Counted from the first letter of the stretch, positions 16,373-25,749 are shown. The stretch is 64,000 nt of DNA from Steroidobacteraceae bacterium (GCA_050185195.1 JBFWZQ010000014.1:3002-67001), one strand, 5' to 3'. Program-made: numbers and translations. Notes: generated from the sequence alone by a model not told the origin.

Positions 16373-17632
16373 TCAGGCCGCGCACCAGTCCCGATCGAGG
16401 CGCCGCGACGCCGCGAAGAAGAACGCGGCGCTCACGAAGTAGAAGCCGGTGGCGATGACGATCGCGTAACGCAGGGCATCCTGGCCGAAGTGCGGTGCGA
16501 GCTGGTCCGACAGCGCGCCGACGAACAGCGTGCCGCCGCCGATGCCGATCAGGTTGATCATGAAGAGGAACACCGCCGACGCCGTCGCGCGCATCTGCGG
16601 GACGACGAGGTGCTGCAGGGTCGCATAGACGGGCCCGGTCCAGCTCGCGTTGAGCGTCATCGGCACGCTGAACAGCACGCACGCCGCGAGCGTGGAAGGC
16701 ACGAGCACGCCCGCCACGAGGAACGGCACGATCGCGAGCAGCATCACCCCCGGCACGAGCGCATAGGCCGCCTTGCGCCGCGCGCCGAGCCGATCGGCTG
16801 CCCAGCCACCGAGCCAGATCCCCGCAATGCCGAAGGCCATCGTACCGAGGCCGACGAACCAGGCGGTCTGCGCGAGGGTGAGGCCGTGGCTGCGGATGAA
16901 GAATGACGGCGTCCAGAAGAGCAGCCCATAGCCGACGATCGACGAACTCGAGGCGCCGAGGGTGAGCAGCAGGAACGACGGCTTGCCCGCAAGGACGCGC
17001 AGCGCATCGGGGAACGAGCCGTGGATGGCGGGTGACGGGCCGGCGCGGAGCGCATCGAGGGCGCCGCGGATCGGCTCGCGCACCGTGCAGCGAAAGAGCG
17101 GCGCCAGCAGCAGGCCGCCCGCGCCCACCGCGAGGAACGCGACCCGCCAGTCGATCGCGCTCGCCACGAGGCCGCCGAGCAGCGTGCCGAGGCCGCTGCC
17201 GATCGGCACGCCGAACGAGAACACTGCGAGCGCGCGGGCCCGCTGCCGCGGGGGGAAATAGTCGCTGATGAGCGAAAAGGCCGGCGCCACCCCGCCTGCC
17301 TCGCCGACCCCGACGCCGACCCGCGCCAGGAACAGTTGCGCGAACGACTGCGCCTGGCCGCAGAGCGCCGTGAAGGCGCTCCAGGTCGCGAGTGCACCGG
17401 TCATGATCCAGGTGCGGCTGCCACGATCGGCGAGCCGCGCGATCGGGATGCCGAGCAACGTATAAAAGAGGGCGAACGCGGCGCCGCTCATCAGGCCGAG
17501 CTGGGTGTCGGAGAGCGCCAGGTCGCGTTTCAGTGGCTCCGCGAGGATGCCGACGATCACACGGTCGATGAAATTGAACGTGTAGACGACAACGAGCAGC
17601 GCAAGGACGTAGGCGCGATAGGCGGCACTCAT
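16373..17632 (-). CDS. MFS transporter
   Basis: ORF 16373..17689, about 12 predicted TM segments. MFS loop motif GIPIARLADRGSR. Start is uncertain (17632, 17671 or 17689); 17632 avoids overlap with the divergent gene. Confidence 0.8.
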   Translation of the reverse strand: MSAAYRAYVLALLVVVYTFNFIDRVIVGILAEPLKRDLALSDTQLGLMSGAAFALFYTLLGIPIARLADRGSRTWIMTGALATWSAFTALCGQAQSFAQLFLARVGVGVGEAGGVAPAFSLISDYFPPRQRARALAVFSFGVPIGSGLGTLLGGLVASAIDWRVAFLAVGAGGLLLAPLFRCTVREPIRGALDALRAGPSPAIHGSFPDALRVLAGKPSFLLLTLGASSSSIVGYGLLFWTPSFFIRSHGLTLAQTAWFVGLGTMAFGIAGIWLGGWAADRLGARRKAAYALVPGVMLLAIVPFLVAGVLVPSTLAACVLFSVPMTLNASWTGPVYATLQHLVVPQMRATASAVFLFMINLIGIGGGTLFVGALSDQLAPHFGQDALRYAIVIATGFYFVSAAFFFAASRRLDRDWCAA

Positions 17633-17669
17633 CGGCCCGATGATCGCATATGCGTACAATTGCCGTGCC

Positions 17670-18425
17670 ATGAGGACCGTCACCGCCACCCGCTATGTCA
17701 CGCCCCTGCGCGAAGGCGGCTCGCTGCCCGCGATCGTCGAAGCCGACGACGACGGGCTCTACGTGCTGAAATTCCGGGGCGCGGGCCAGGGCGCGCAGGC
17801 GCTCGTCGCCGAACTGATCGCCGGCGAGATCGCGCGCGCCGCCGGCCTGCCCGTGCCGGAAATCGTGCTGGTGCAGCTCGACGCGGCCCTCGCCCGCACC
17901 GAGCCCGACCCCGAGATCCAGGACCTCATCAAGGCGAGCGTGGGGCTCAACCTCGCCCTCGACTACCTGCCCGGCTCCATCACCTTCGACCCCGTCGCCG
18001 AACGGGTCACGGGCGAACTCGCCTCGGGCATCGTCTGGTTCGACGCGTTCGTCATGAACGTCGATCGCACGGCGCGCAATGCCAATCTCCTCATGTGGCA
18101 CGGCCAGCCCTGGCTCATCGACCACGGCGCATCGCTGTACTTCCACCATGGCTGGGACGGCAGCCCCGAACGCAGCGGCGACCCGTTCACGCGCATCCGC
18201 GATCACGTGCTGTTGCCGCTGGCCGATGCCCTGCCCTCGGCGGATGCGCGCCTGGGCGGGCGCCTGACGCGCGAGATACTCGCGCAGGCCGTCGCGCATG
18301 TGCCGGGCGAGTGGTTGCCGGACGAGTCGCGACGGACCGACTATGTCGAATTCCTGGCGCACCGCCTGCAGCGGCGGCAGCTGTTCGTCGAGGAGGCCCT
18401 GCGTGCGCGATCGCAGCTCGTATGA
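17670..18425 (+). CDS. HipA-like (PI3/4-kinase fold) kinase-domain protein without the HipA N-terminal domain
   Basis: ORF 17640..18425 trimmed to MRTVTATRYVTPL. Catalytic-loop-like NVDRTARNANLLMW and Mg-binding-like LIDHGASLYFHH. Family assignment is from memory of HipA C-terminal motifs. Confidence 0.55.
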   Translation: MRTVTATRYVTPLREGGSLPAIVEADDDGLYVLKFRGAGQGAQALVAELIAGEIARAAGLPVPEIVLVQLDAALARTEPDPEIQDLIKASVGLNLALDYLPGSITFDPVAERVTGELASGIVWFDAFVMNVDRTARNANLLMWHGQPWLIDHGASLYFHHGWDGSPERSGDPFTRIRDHVLLPLADALPSADARLGGRLTREILAQAVAHVPGEWLPDESRRTDYVEFLAHRLQRRQLFVEEALRARSQLV

Positions 18426-18795
18426 CTACGCCGTGATCCGCGTGGTGCCCCGCGTCGAACGCGGGGAGTTCATCAATGCCGGCGTGATCGTGCTGTGCAG
18501 TGCGCGCGACTACCTCGAGGCGCGCATCGATCTCGACGAGGCCCGGCTCGCGGCACTGGCGCCCGCGGTCGATATCGCGGCGGTGCGCCGCCACCTCGAC
18601 GGCATGGTCGCCATCTGCCGCGGCGGCGAGGCTGCGGGACCGATCGGCCGCCTCACGCTGCGCGAACGCTTCGACTGGCTGGTCGCACCGCGCAGCACGA
18701 TCATCCAGGTTTCGGCGGTGCACACCGGGCGCTGCGACGACCCGGCGCGAGTCGTCGATCGCCTGCTGGGTACGATGGTGAGGCCCACTCCATGA
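18403..18795 (+). CDS. DUF3037-like protein
   Basis: GTG at 18403 inside ORF 18298..18795, overlapping the upstream gene by 23 nt. N-terminus YDYAVIRVVPRVERGEFINAGVIVL matches my recollection of the DUF3037 signature. Confidence 0.5.
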   Translation: MRDRSSYDYAVIRVVPRVERGEFINAGVIVLCSARDYLEARIDLDEARLAALAPAVDIAAVRRHLDGMVAICRGGEAAGPIGRLTLRERFDWLVAPRSTIIQVSAVHTGRCDDPARVVDRLLGTMVRPTP

Positions 18796-19313
18796 CGAAT
18801 GCCATCACGATCCGGCGCGCCACGATCGGCGACGCCTTCACGCTCGCCGAGATCGGCGGCGCCACGTTCACCGATACCTTCGGCCACATGTATCCGGCCG
18901 CCGACCTGGCCGATTTCCTGCGCACGGCACATGCGCCCGAGGCCTGGAGCCGGCGCCTGCAGGATCCCCACATCGCCGTCTGGCTCGTCGAGGCGGGCAG
19001 CGGCACCGTGGCCGGCTACGCCTCGGCCGGCCCGTGCAAGTTGCCCGTGCCCGACCTGGAGTCGAACGCCGGCGAACTCTTCCAGCTGTACGTACTGCGC
19101 CATTTCCGCGGCGGCCAGCTCGGCTCGCGCCTGCTCGAGACCGCGCTCGCGTGGCTCGAGTCGCGCGGCTTCGATCCGCTCTACCTCGGCGTCTGGAGCG
19201 GCAACGAAGGGGCCCAGCGCCTCTATGGGCGCTTCGGGTTCACGCGCTGCGGCGAGTATGAGTTCCCGGTCGGCACGCAGCGCGACCACGAATTCATCCT
19301 GCGACGCGCATGA
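18792..19313 (+). CDS. GNAT-family N-acetyltransferase
   Basis: Last 173 codons of ORF 18495..19313. The ATG at 18792 overlaps the upstream stop (ATGA). Acetyl-CoA motif LYVLRHFRGGQLGSRLL. Confidence 0.8.
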   Translation: MTNAITIRRATIGDAFTLAEIGGATFTDTFGHMYPAADLADFLRTAHAPEAWSRRLQDPHIAVWLVEAGSGTVAGYASAGPCKLPVPDLESNAGELFQLYVLRHFRGGQLGSRLLETALAWLESRGFDPLYLGVWSGNEGAQRLYGRFGFTRCGEYEFPVGTQRDHEFILRRA

Positions 19314-20458
19314 GGGGCCCGAACGTCACGCCGTTCCATGCGGGCGAGATCGGCACGCGCGGCGCCGCACGCATGCGCGCGGGCCTGCCGTTCATCGGGA
19401 TGCATTACGGCCAGCCCTCGGCGGGCGCACCGCCCGCCGCCCTCGCCGCCGCGCACCGGGTGCTCGATCGCGACGCACTCGGTTACACGGAACTCGTCGA
19501 ACTGCGCGAGAAGATCGTCGCTTACTACGCCGCCAACCACGGCGTCGGGGTCGAACCCGAACGCGTGCTCCTCACCGCAGGCGCGAGCGCCGGACTCGTC
19601 GCCGCCTATGCCGCGATGTTTCGGCCCGGCGACCGGGTCGCGATGCTGCGCCCCGGTTATCCGGCCTATCGCAACACGCTCACCGCCCTGCGCCTCGAAC
19701 CCGTCGAGATCGACTGCGGCCCGGAACAGGGGTTTCATCCGACCCCCGCGCAGCTCGAGGCCCTCACGCCCGCACCGCAGGGCTTCGTCGTCGCAAGCCC
19801 CGCCAATCCCACCGGCGCCATGCTCGACGGGCAACAACTCGGCGCCCTGCTCGAGACCTGTCGCGCCCGCCACATCCGGGTGATCTCCGACGAGATCTAC
19901 CACGGCATCAGCTTCGGCCGGCGCGCGGTGAGCGCGCTCGAGATCGACCCGCGCGCGGTCGTGATCAACAGTTACTCGAAGCTCTATCGCATGCCGGGCT
20001 GGCGGCTCGGCTGGATGATCGTGCCGGCCGACTGGGCCGCGCAGGTCCACGCCTACCTCATCAACATGTTCCTGACGCCCTCCACGCTGGCGCAGCATGC
20101 TGCGCTCGCGGCGATGGACGAGCACGAGGACCTCGAGCGCTGGGTGCGCATCTATGAGCGCAATCGCGCGCGGCTCATCGAGGGGCTCGCCGCGATCGGC
20201 ATCGCAGGCATCGTGCCGCCCGACGGGGCGTTCTATCTATATGCGGACATCGGGCACCTGACCCGGGACAGCATGCAGTTTTGCCTGCGCGCCGTGGATG
20301 AGTGCGGCGTGGGCCTCGCGCCCGGCGTCGATTTCGACCCGGTGGGCGGTCATCGATTCGTGCGTTTTTCCTTCGCGGTGAATCCGGACGAAATCGAGCA
20401 GGCGCTCGAGCGCCTCGCGGCCTGGCTGCCGCGCTATCGGGACGGCGCGTCCGCGTAG
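19310..20458 (+). CDS. Class I/II (aspartate-aminotransferase fold) PLP-dependent aminotransferase
   Basis: ORF 19310..20458. ATGA overlap with the GNAT gene. Motifs SPANPTG, NSYSKLYRMPGWRLGW (PLP lysine) and VRFSF. Confidence 0.8.
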   Translation: MRGPNVTPFHAGEIGTRGAARMRAGLPFIGMHYGQPSAGAPPAALAAAHRVLDRDALGYTELVELREKIVAYYAANHGVGVEPERVLLTAGASAGLVAAYAAMFRPGDRVAMLRPGYPAYRNTLTALRLEPVEIDCGPEQGFHPTPAQLEALTPAPQGFVVASPANPTGAMLDGQQLGALLETCRARHIRVISDEIYHGISFGRRAVSALEIDPRAVVINSYSKLYRMPGWRLGWMIVPADWAAQVHAYLINMFLTPSTLAQHAALAAMDEHEDLERWVRIYERNRARLIEGLAAIGIAGIVPPDGAFYLYADIGHLTRDSMQFCLRAVDECGVGLAPGVDFDPVGGHRFVRFSFAVNPDEIEQALERLAAWLPRYRDGASA

Positions 20459-21879
20459 GCAAGGATGCGCCGCGCGAGCGCGTCGTAGTCGCCATCGAAG
20501 TGATGGCCCCCCTCGAGTTCCGCGACCTCCACGCCCGGCCGGCGCACGGCGGGACAGGCCGAATCCTTCTCGTCGGCGCCGTAGAGGCACAGCACGCGCG
20601 CCGCGGCGCCCATGGCCGCGACTTCGGGCACGGTGGGCAGGCCGCCGCCGTCCGCGCCGGGTATCCAGCTCGAAAGATGAAACTCGAAGCTCGCGGAGCT
20701 GCTCAGGCCGAGCAGGCTGACGGTTTGCACGCGTTCGCGGGTTTCCCGTGGCAGGCGGTTGTAGAGGAACGGCATGACGTCGGCGCCGAAGGAGTAGCCG
20801 ATGAGCAGCACCTTGGCGCGTTGCCAGCGCTCGCCGTAGGCACGCACGATGCGGTCGAGATCGGCGGCCGCCTCCCCGGGCGTGCGCGCGTGCCAGAAGT
20901 ATTTCAACGAGCTCATCGCCACGACCGGAATGCCGCGTGCGGCGAGTGCCGCCGCGACATCCTGGTCGAGGCCGGTCCAGCCGCCATCCCCCGTGAGCAG
21001 CACCGCGAAGCGCAGCCGGTCGTCCGCGCTGGCGGCCTGCGTGGCCGCGGGCTGGGCGGGAACCTCGATCAGTGGCAGGTCGTGGACTTGCGGCGGCGAC
21101 GGAGGCGGCCGCACGGCATCCGCCGCGAGCGAGCGCTGCGCCGTGCGAAACTGCGGCAGCCAGTTGCGCTCGACGCCGAAGCCGTGGCCGACCCGGGGCA
21201 ACCACACGAGTTCGCCACGGTTCGTTGCCGCCACGAACTCGCGCGTGCCCTGCGGATTGCAGACCTGGTCGGCGTCGCCCTGCATCACGATCCAGCGCGT
21301 GCGGTTCGTGGCCGAGGGGCGGTAGACGAGGCCTTTCGGTTGCGCCGCCGTGCCCTGCATCGTGTACTCGAGCCCGCTGCCGCGGCACGGCCGCCGCACG
21401 AGATCGAGGTCGGGGCAGAATCCGAGGCTCAGCACGCCCGCAAAGGTACCGGGTGGTGCTTGCACCATCACGGCGTACACGAGCGTTGCGCCCGAGGAAT
21501 ACCCGGCGAGCACGGGCAGGTGATACTGCTCGAGTTTCAGGCGCCGCTGCAGGGCATGCGACAGTTCCTCGAAATCCGCGCCGTAGTAGCGGCACTCGTC
21601 GCCCGGTGCGTTGATCGCCGCGCGATAGGCACGCACGTCGATGCCGGCGACGATCAGGCCTTCCTCCACCATGTGCTTCGCCATGCCGACGACACCGAGA
21701 TGCCAGCCGCCGTCGCCCGAAACGAACAACACGACGCCCGCGGGCTTCGAGTCGGGCAGGTAGACGGTCACCTTGCCGAAGCGGCCCATGTCGAAGCTCT
21801 GCTCCGTGACGGAGGGCGTCGCCCACGCTGGCACGCAGCAGCCCAGGGCGGCGAGGCCACACCACATCCTGATCGTCAT
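20434..21879 (-). CDS. acvB: AcvB/VirJ-family lysyl-phosphatidylglycerol hydrolase (periplasmic, two alpha/beta-hydrolase-like halves)
   Basis: C-terminal 481 codons of ORF 20434..22389. Signal peptide MTIRMWCGLAALGCCVPAWA. Two nucleophile elbows, LAGYSSGATL and LIGYSFGADV. ATGA overlap with the mprF stop. Confidence 0.75.
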   Translation of the reverse strand: MTIRMWCGLAALGCCVPAWATPSVTEQSFDMGRFGKVTVYLPDSKPAGVVLFVSGDGGWHLGVVGMAKHMVEEGLIVAGIDVRAYRAAINAPGDECRYYGADFEELSHALQRRLKLEQYHLPVLAGYSSGATLVYAVMVQAPPGTFAGVLSLGFCPDLDLVRRPCRGSGLEYTMQGTAAQPKGLVYRPSATNRTRWIVMQGDADQVCNPQGTREFVAATNRGELVWLPRVGHGFGVERNWLPQFRTAQRSLAADAVRPPPSPPQVHDLPLIEVPAQPAATQAASADDRLRFAVLLTGDGGWTGLDQDVAAALAARGIPVVAMSSLKYFWHARTPGEAAADLDRIVRAYGERWQRAKVLLIGYSFGADVMPFLYNRLPRETRERVQTVSLLGLSSSASFEFHLSSWIPGADGGGLPTVPEVAAMGAAARVLCLYGADEKDSACPAVRRPGVEVAELEGGHHFDGDYDALARRILAYADAPSR

Positions 21880-24482
21880 TTGGTCACCAGCTCCTTCAGC
21901 CCGCCGGAGATCAGCGTGGACACGTCGTACAGCGCCCGCGCGAGCTGCCACCCGCCCGGCGAGGCGAGATAGCGCGGCTCCCACACCGGCGTGAATTTCT
22001 CCTTGTAGCGACGCAGGCCCTCGAAGTTGTAGAACGATTCGCCGTGGCGGTAGAGGAAGCCCCCCATGCGATGCCACAGCGGCGCCAGCGCGCGCGACTC
22101 GAGGCCCGAGAGCGGCGCCATGCCGAGGTTGAACCAGCGGTAACCCTGCGCCCGGCCCCACAGCATCAGCTCGACGAGCAGGTAGTCCATCGCGCCGGCC
22201 GGCGCATCGCGGCCGAACCGCATCAGGTCGATCGACAGCTCTTCGCGCGAAGCAGTCGGCCACAGGTTCGCGAACGCGACGACGTGGCCCTCGAGCCGCA
22301 CGATCGCCGTCGCGAACTGGCGCACGTAGGGTTCCGAGAACGCCCCGACCGAGAAGCCCTTCTCGGCGGTGGCCTTGTCCTCGAGCCACGCGTCCGAGAT
22401 CGCGCGCAGGCGCGTAAGCAGCCGCTCATCTCCCGGCGGCGCGACCTCGAACGTGGCGCCCGCGCGCTCGGCACGCCGGCGGGCCTGGCGCAGTTCGGCG
22501 CGCGCGCTGCCCTCGATGCCGAAGTCCGCGAGCGGGATGCGCGCCTCCTCGCCCAGCTTGACGAGCGAGAGGCCGAGGTCCACGTACAGCGGCAGGCACG
22601 CGGGGCCCACCTGGTAGAACACGGTGCGGCCGCCCCGCCGATCGACGAGCTCGCGAAACGCCCAGACGAGCTCCTGGCGCTGGGACGGGGCGCCGACGGG
22701 ATCGCCGAGCGCGATCCAGCTGTGGCCCGACACCTGGTACATCAGGAAGGCGTCCCCGTCGCCGTGGAACAGCACGCGCTTGTCGCCGGCGAGCACCGCG
22801 TTCGCGAGGCTCGCGTCGGCGTGCGCGAGCGCCACCCCGATGCGCGCGGCATCCGGCGCCTGCGGCACGTGCGGCTCGGCCGGCGCCGGCCGCAGCAGGT
22901 TCGTCGCGACGACGGCCGCGAGCACGACGACCACGACGAGCGAGGCGCGCAGCATGCGCGGGGCGTCACCGTGCATGGCGAACGTCCACCACAGTTCATT
23001 CGAGTACGGCACGTGGCGATTGGCGAGGAAACCGATCCACACCGACAGCACGACGATGATGCCGACGCTCGCGATCCAGCCCGGCGTGAAGCGCTGGCTC
23101 ATGATCGAGGCGGGTCGATAGAAAGCGGCCGCCGACAGCAGCGAGACGAGCAGCACGATCACGAGGTAGGACGCCTCCTCGAAATCGAAGCCCTTGAGGA
23201 GCGATGCCACGATGCCGGCGACGAGCAACCACACCGTCAGGTGCCAGGCGGCACGCAGGCGGCGAAACAGGCCGCGCGCCAGCACCAGCAGGCCGACGCC
23301 GATCACGCTGCCGGCCAGGTGCGACACCTCGAGGAGCGGCAGCGGCACGACGCGGCGAATCTCGCGGATGCGTCCGTCGAGCGCCGGCGTCGCGCCCGAG
23401 ACGAGCAGCACGGCGCCAGCCACGAACACGAGGACACCGATCAGTTGCGGCGCGATCGGCGAGAGCAGCGGCGTGACCCAGCCGCCCGCCGCCCGCCGCA
23501 GGTGCGCGAGGCGCGAGCGCTGCACGTACAACTCGTGCAGGAGCAGGGCAACTGCGGCGCAGGCGAGCGGCGCGAGATAGTAGAGCCCGCGCCACGCGAG
23601 CAGCGCGCCGAGGAGCTGCGGCGCCGGCAGTTTCGGCAGCGCGAGCAGCAGGATCGACTCGAACACGCCGAGGCCGCCCGGCACCTGGCTCACGATGCCG
23701 CCGACGACGGCGATCGCGTAGATGCCCGCGAAGGTCGGAAAGTCCACCCCGGTCGACGCTGGCAACAGCACCCAGAGCACGGCGCCCGAGGCCGTCAGGT
23801 CCGCGACGCCGACGGCGAGCTGTGCGCTGGCGAGGCGTGCCCCCGGCGGTCGTATCTCCCAGGAGCCGAGCGCAAGCGGCCTGCGGGCGAGCGACGACCA
23901 GGCGAAATACCCCGCGACGAGCCCGAGGAGCACGACGCCGAACAACTGCGACCAGACATGCCCCAGGTGCAGGGCCGTCGTCCCGGGCACGGCGTACATA
24001 GCCGCAACACCGCCCAGCACCGCGAGGCCTATCGCGGTGGTCAACGCGCAGAACGACGCGATGGTGGCCACGTCGAGGGCGGTGAGTCCCTGCGTCGAAT
24101 AGATGCGATAGCGGACCGCAGTGCCGGTGAAGGCCGCGAGGCTGAAATTGTGGCCGAACGCATAGGCGATGAAGGAGGTCAGCGCGACGCGTGGATACGG
24201 CACCGGCTTGCCGACGTAGTGCACGCCGAGCGTGTCCTGCAGCGTGAGCAGGAAATAGCTCGCGGCGGTGAGCGCCGCGGCCGTCGCGAGCGCCGGCGCG
24301 GCGATCCCGCGCAGTTCCACCATGACATCGCGCAGGTGGTAGCGCCCGAGCGCGTGGTGCAGGACCAGGATGACGAGCGCAAAAGCGAACACGGAGACCG
24401 CCGGCGCGAGCCACCTGCGCCATGCGGCCGTCGGATCGACTGCGGACGACATGATGTACGAGGGTAAATCACTGCGCGCCAT
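21876..24482 (-). CDS. mprF: Bifunctional lysylphosphatidylglycerol flippase/synthetase MprF
   Basis: 868-aa ORF. About 14 TM N-terminal region plus a C-terminal aminoacyl-PG synthase domain (...DYLLVELMLWGRAQGYRWFNLGMAPLSG...). Alternative ATG at 24452. Confidence 0.8.
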   Translation of the reverse strand: MARSDLPSYIMSSAVDPTAAWRRWLAPAVSVFAFALVILVLHHALGRYHLRDVMVELRGIAAPALATAAALTAASYFLLTLQDTLGVHYVGKPVPYPRVALTSFIAYAFGHNFSLAAFTGTAVRYRIYSTQGLTALDVATIASFCALTTAIGLAVLGGVAAMYAVPGTTALHLGHVWSQLFGVVLLGLVAGYFAWSSLARRPLALGSWEIRPPGARLASAQLAVGVADLTASGAVLWVLLPASTGVDFPTFAGIYAIAVVGGIVSQVPGGLGVFESILLLALPKLPAPQLLGALLAWRGLYYLAPLACAAVALLLHELYVQRSRLAHLRRAAGGWVTPLLSPIAPQLIGVLVFVAGAVLLVSGATPALDGRIREIRRVVPLPLLEVSHLAGSVIGVGLLVLARGLFRRLRAAWHLTVWLLVAGIVASLLKGFDFEEASYLVIVLLVSLLSAAAFYRPASIMSQRFTPGWIASVGIIVVLSVWIGFLANRHVPYSNELWWTFAMHGDAPRMLRASLVVVVVLAAVVATNLLRPAPAEPHVPQAPDAARIGVALAHADASLANAVLAGDKRVLFHGDGDAFLMYQVSGHSWIALGDPVGAPSQRQELVWAFRELVDRRGGRTVFYQVGPACLPLYVDLGLSLVKLGEEARIPLADFGIEGSARAELRQARRRAERAGATFEVAPPGDERLLTRLRAISDAWLEDKATAEKGFSVGAFSEPYVRQFATAIVRLEGHVVAFANLWPTASREELSIDLMRFGRDAPAGAMDYLLVELMLWGRAQGYRWFNLGMAPLSGLESRALAPLWHRMGGFLYRHGESFYNFEGLRRYKEKFTPVWEPRYLASPGGWQLARALYDVSTLISGGLKELVTK

Positions 24483-24549
24483 GGCGGCTTACATTTCCGT
24501 AATGGGTGGAACGCCCTCACCTGACCGCAAGCCGGTAACATGCGCACCG

Positions 24550-25317
24550 ATGGCCCGGACAATCGACTCGGCGGTTCGTGAAGTCTGCCTCTCGTTCCCC
24601 GAGGCGCAGGAAGTCCTGTCGCACGGATGGCCCGTCTACAAGGTCCGTGGCAAGACTTTTGCCTTCTACGTGGTCAACCACCACGGTGACGGTCGTGTGG
24701 CGTTGTGGCTCAATGCGCCGCAAGGTGCGCTGGCGTTCCACACGCGCGACGAGCCGAAGTTTTTCTTCGCGCCACCCTACGTCGGCCCGCGAGGCTGGCT
24801 CGGCGTCAACCTGGACAAGGGCCTGTCGTGGAAGCGCATCGCCGCGCTCGTGCGTTCGGCCTATGAAAAAGTCGCGCCGGCGCGCCTCGTTGCCACCCTC
24901 GGCGGCACGATCGAGATCGAACCGCCCGCCCGGTCGCTGGCGGCCCCCGACATCGACCCGTTGCAGGCTCCTGCCGCGAAGCGCCTGCTCGCGCAGCTGC
25001 GCACGATCTGCAGCGCCTTGCCGGAGGTTTCCGAGGGCGCGCAGTTCGGGCACCCGGTCTGGCGCGCCGGCAAGCGCGTGTTCGCCTCCGCGTATGCGCG
25101 GGACCGCGCCATCCAGTTCGCGTTCTGGGTGGGCGCCGATCGGCAAGGCCTGCTGACGGACGACGGGCGCTATCGGATCCCGGTCTACACGGGCCACCTC
25201 GGCTGGATCGAACTCGATGTCACGAAGGGCTGCCGTCGCGAGGAAGTGCAAAGCCTCGTGCGGGACAGTTACCGGCACTTCGCGCTGAAACGAATGCTGG
25301 CGGCACTCCCGTCATAG
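24550..25317 (+). CDS. Tandem MmcQ/YjbR-family (DUF419) protein
   Basis: ORF 24370..25317 trimmed to MARTIDSAV. Two internally similar halves: VREVCLSFPEAQEVLSHGWPVYKVRGKTFAF... and LRTICSALPEVSEGAQFGHPVWRAGKRVFAS... Confidence 0.6.
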   Translation: MARTIDSAVREVCLSFPEAQEVLSHGWPVYKVRGKTFAFYVVNHHGDGRVALWLNAPQGALAFHTRDEPKFFFAPPYVGPRGWLGVNLDKGLSWKRIAALVRSAYEKVAPARLVATLGGTIEIEPPARSLAAPDIDPLQAPAAKRLLAQLRTICSALPEVSEGAQFGHPVWRAGKRVFASAYARDRAIQFAFWVGADRQGLLTDDGRYRIPVYTGHLGWIELDVTKGCRREEVQSLVRDSYRHFALKRMLAALPS

Positions 25318-25372
25318 ACCGGGTGTCGGAATCCCCGCGGGGAGAACGACCCTGGGGCACAAGGAGGCCACC

Positions 25373-25676
25373 ATGTCCGCACTCATCCTGGTCGTCATCG
25401 GGCTGCTCATCCTGGGTGGGCGCACGCTACGAGTTCGACGGCAATCGCGAAGTGGGCGCGGGCGTCATCGAGATCACGGCCGTGGAGGCACCGCGCCGTG
25501 TCGTGCTGTCCCTGCAAATGAGAAAGCCGATGAAGGCGGACAACGTCGTCGAGTACACGCTCGAACGGCAGCACGCAGGCACGATCGCCTGCCTCTTCTT
25601 CGACATGGACCGGATGGTCGGGCGGGATTTCGAAGCCGGGCTCGCGTCGCTGAAGGCGCTGGCCGAGGAACGGTGA
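25373..25676 (+). pseudogene. Decayed SRPBCC-family (START/polyketide-cyclase-like) gene: N-terminal TM helix fused out of frame to a truncated C-terminal part
   Basis: The frame starting at 25373 gives MSALILVVIGLLILGG, then loses sense. The frame of ORF 25323..25676 then reads ...YEFDGNREVGAGVIEITAVEAPRRVVLSLQMRKPMKADNVVEYTLERQHAGT-IACLFFDMDRMVGRDFEAGLASLKALAEER. From memory, intact members are about 150-160 aa in one frame. Confidence 0.45.
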
Positions 25677-25749
25677 GCTGCCCTGCGGGCGCGATGAACC
25701 GAGCGTCCGCGGGCGGTGCGCGCGCCCGACGGCCGCTATCGTTGCGGCC

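Noticed and set aside
17632-17689. Possible head-to-head overlap of the MFS gene (if it starts at 17689 or 17671) with the HipA-like gene start (17670).
   Set aside because: An in-frame ATG at 17632 gives a normal MFS N-terminus and a 37-bp divergent spacer. The longer form adds only non-hydrophobic residues. The start choice cannot be settled from sequence alone.
20434-20458. Convergent gene overlaps: aminotransferase/acvB by 25 nt (20434-20458) and czcA/cysNC by 13 nt (34047-34059).
   Set aside because: Both reading frames are well supported up to their stops. Short convergent overlaps are common in compact high-GC genomes. I see no additional signal such as a hairpin or repeat, so I treat this as an annotation detail rather than a finding.
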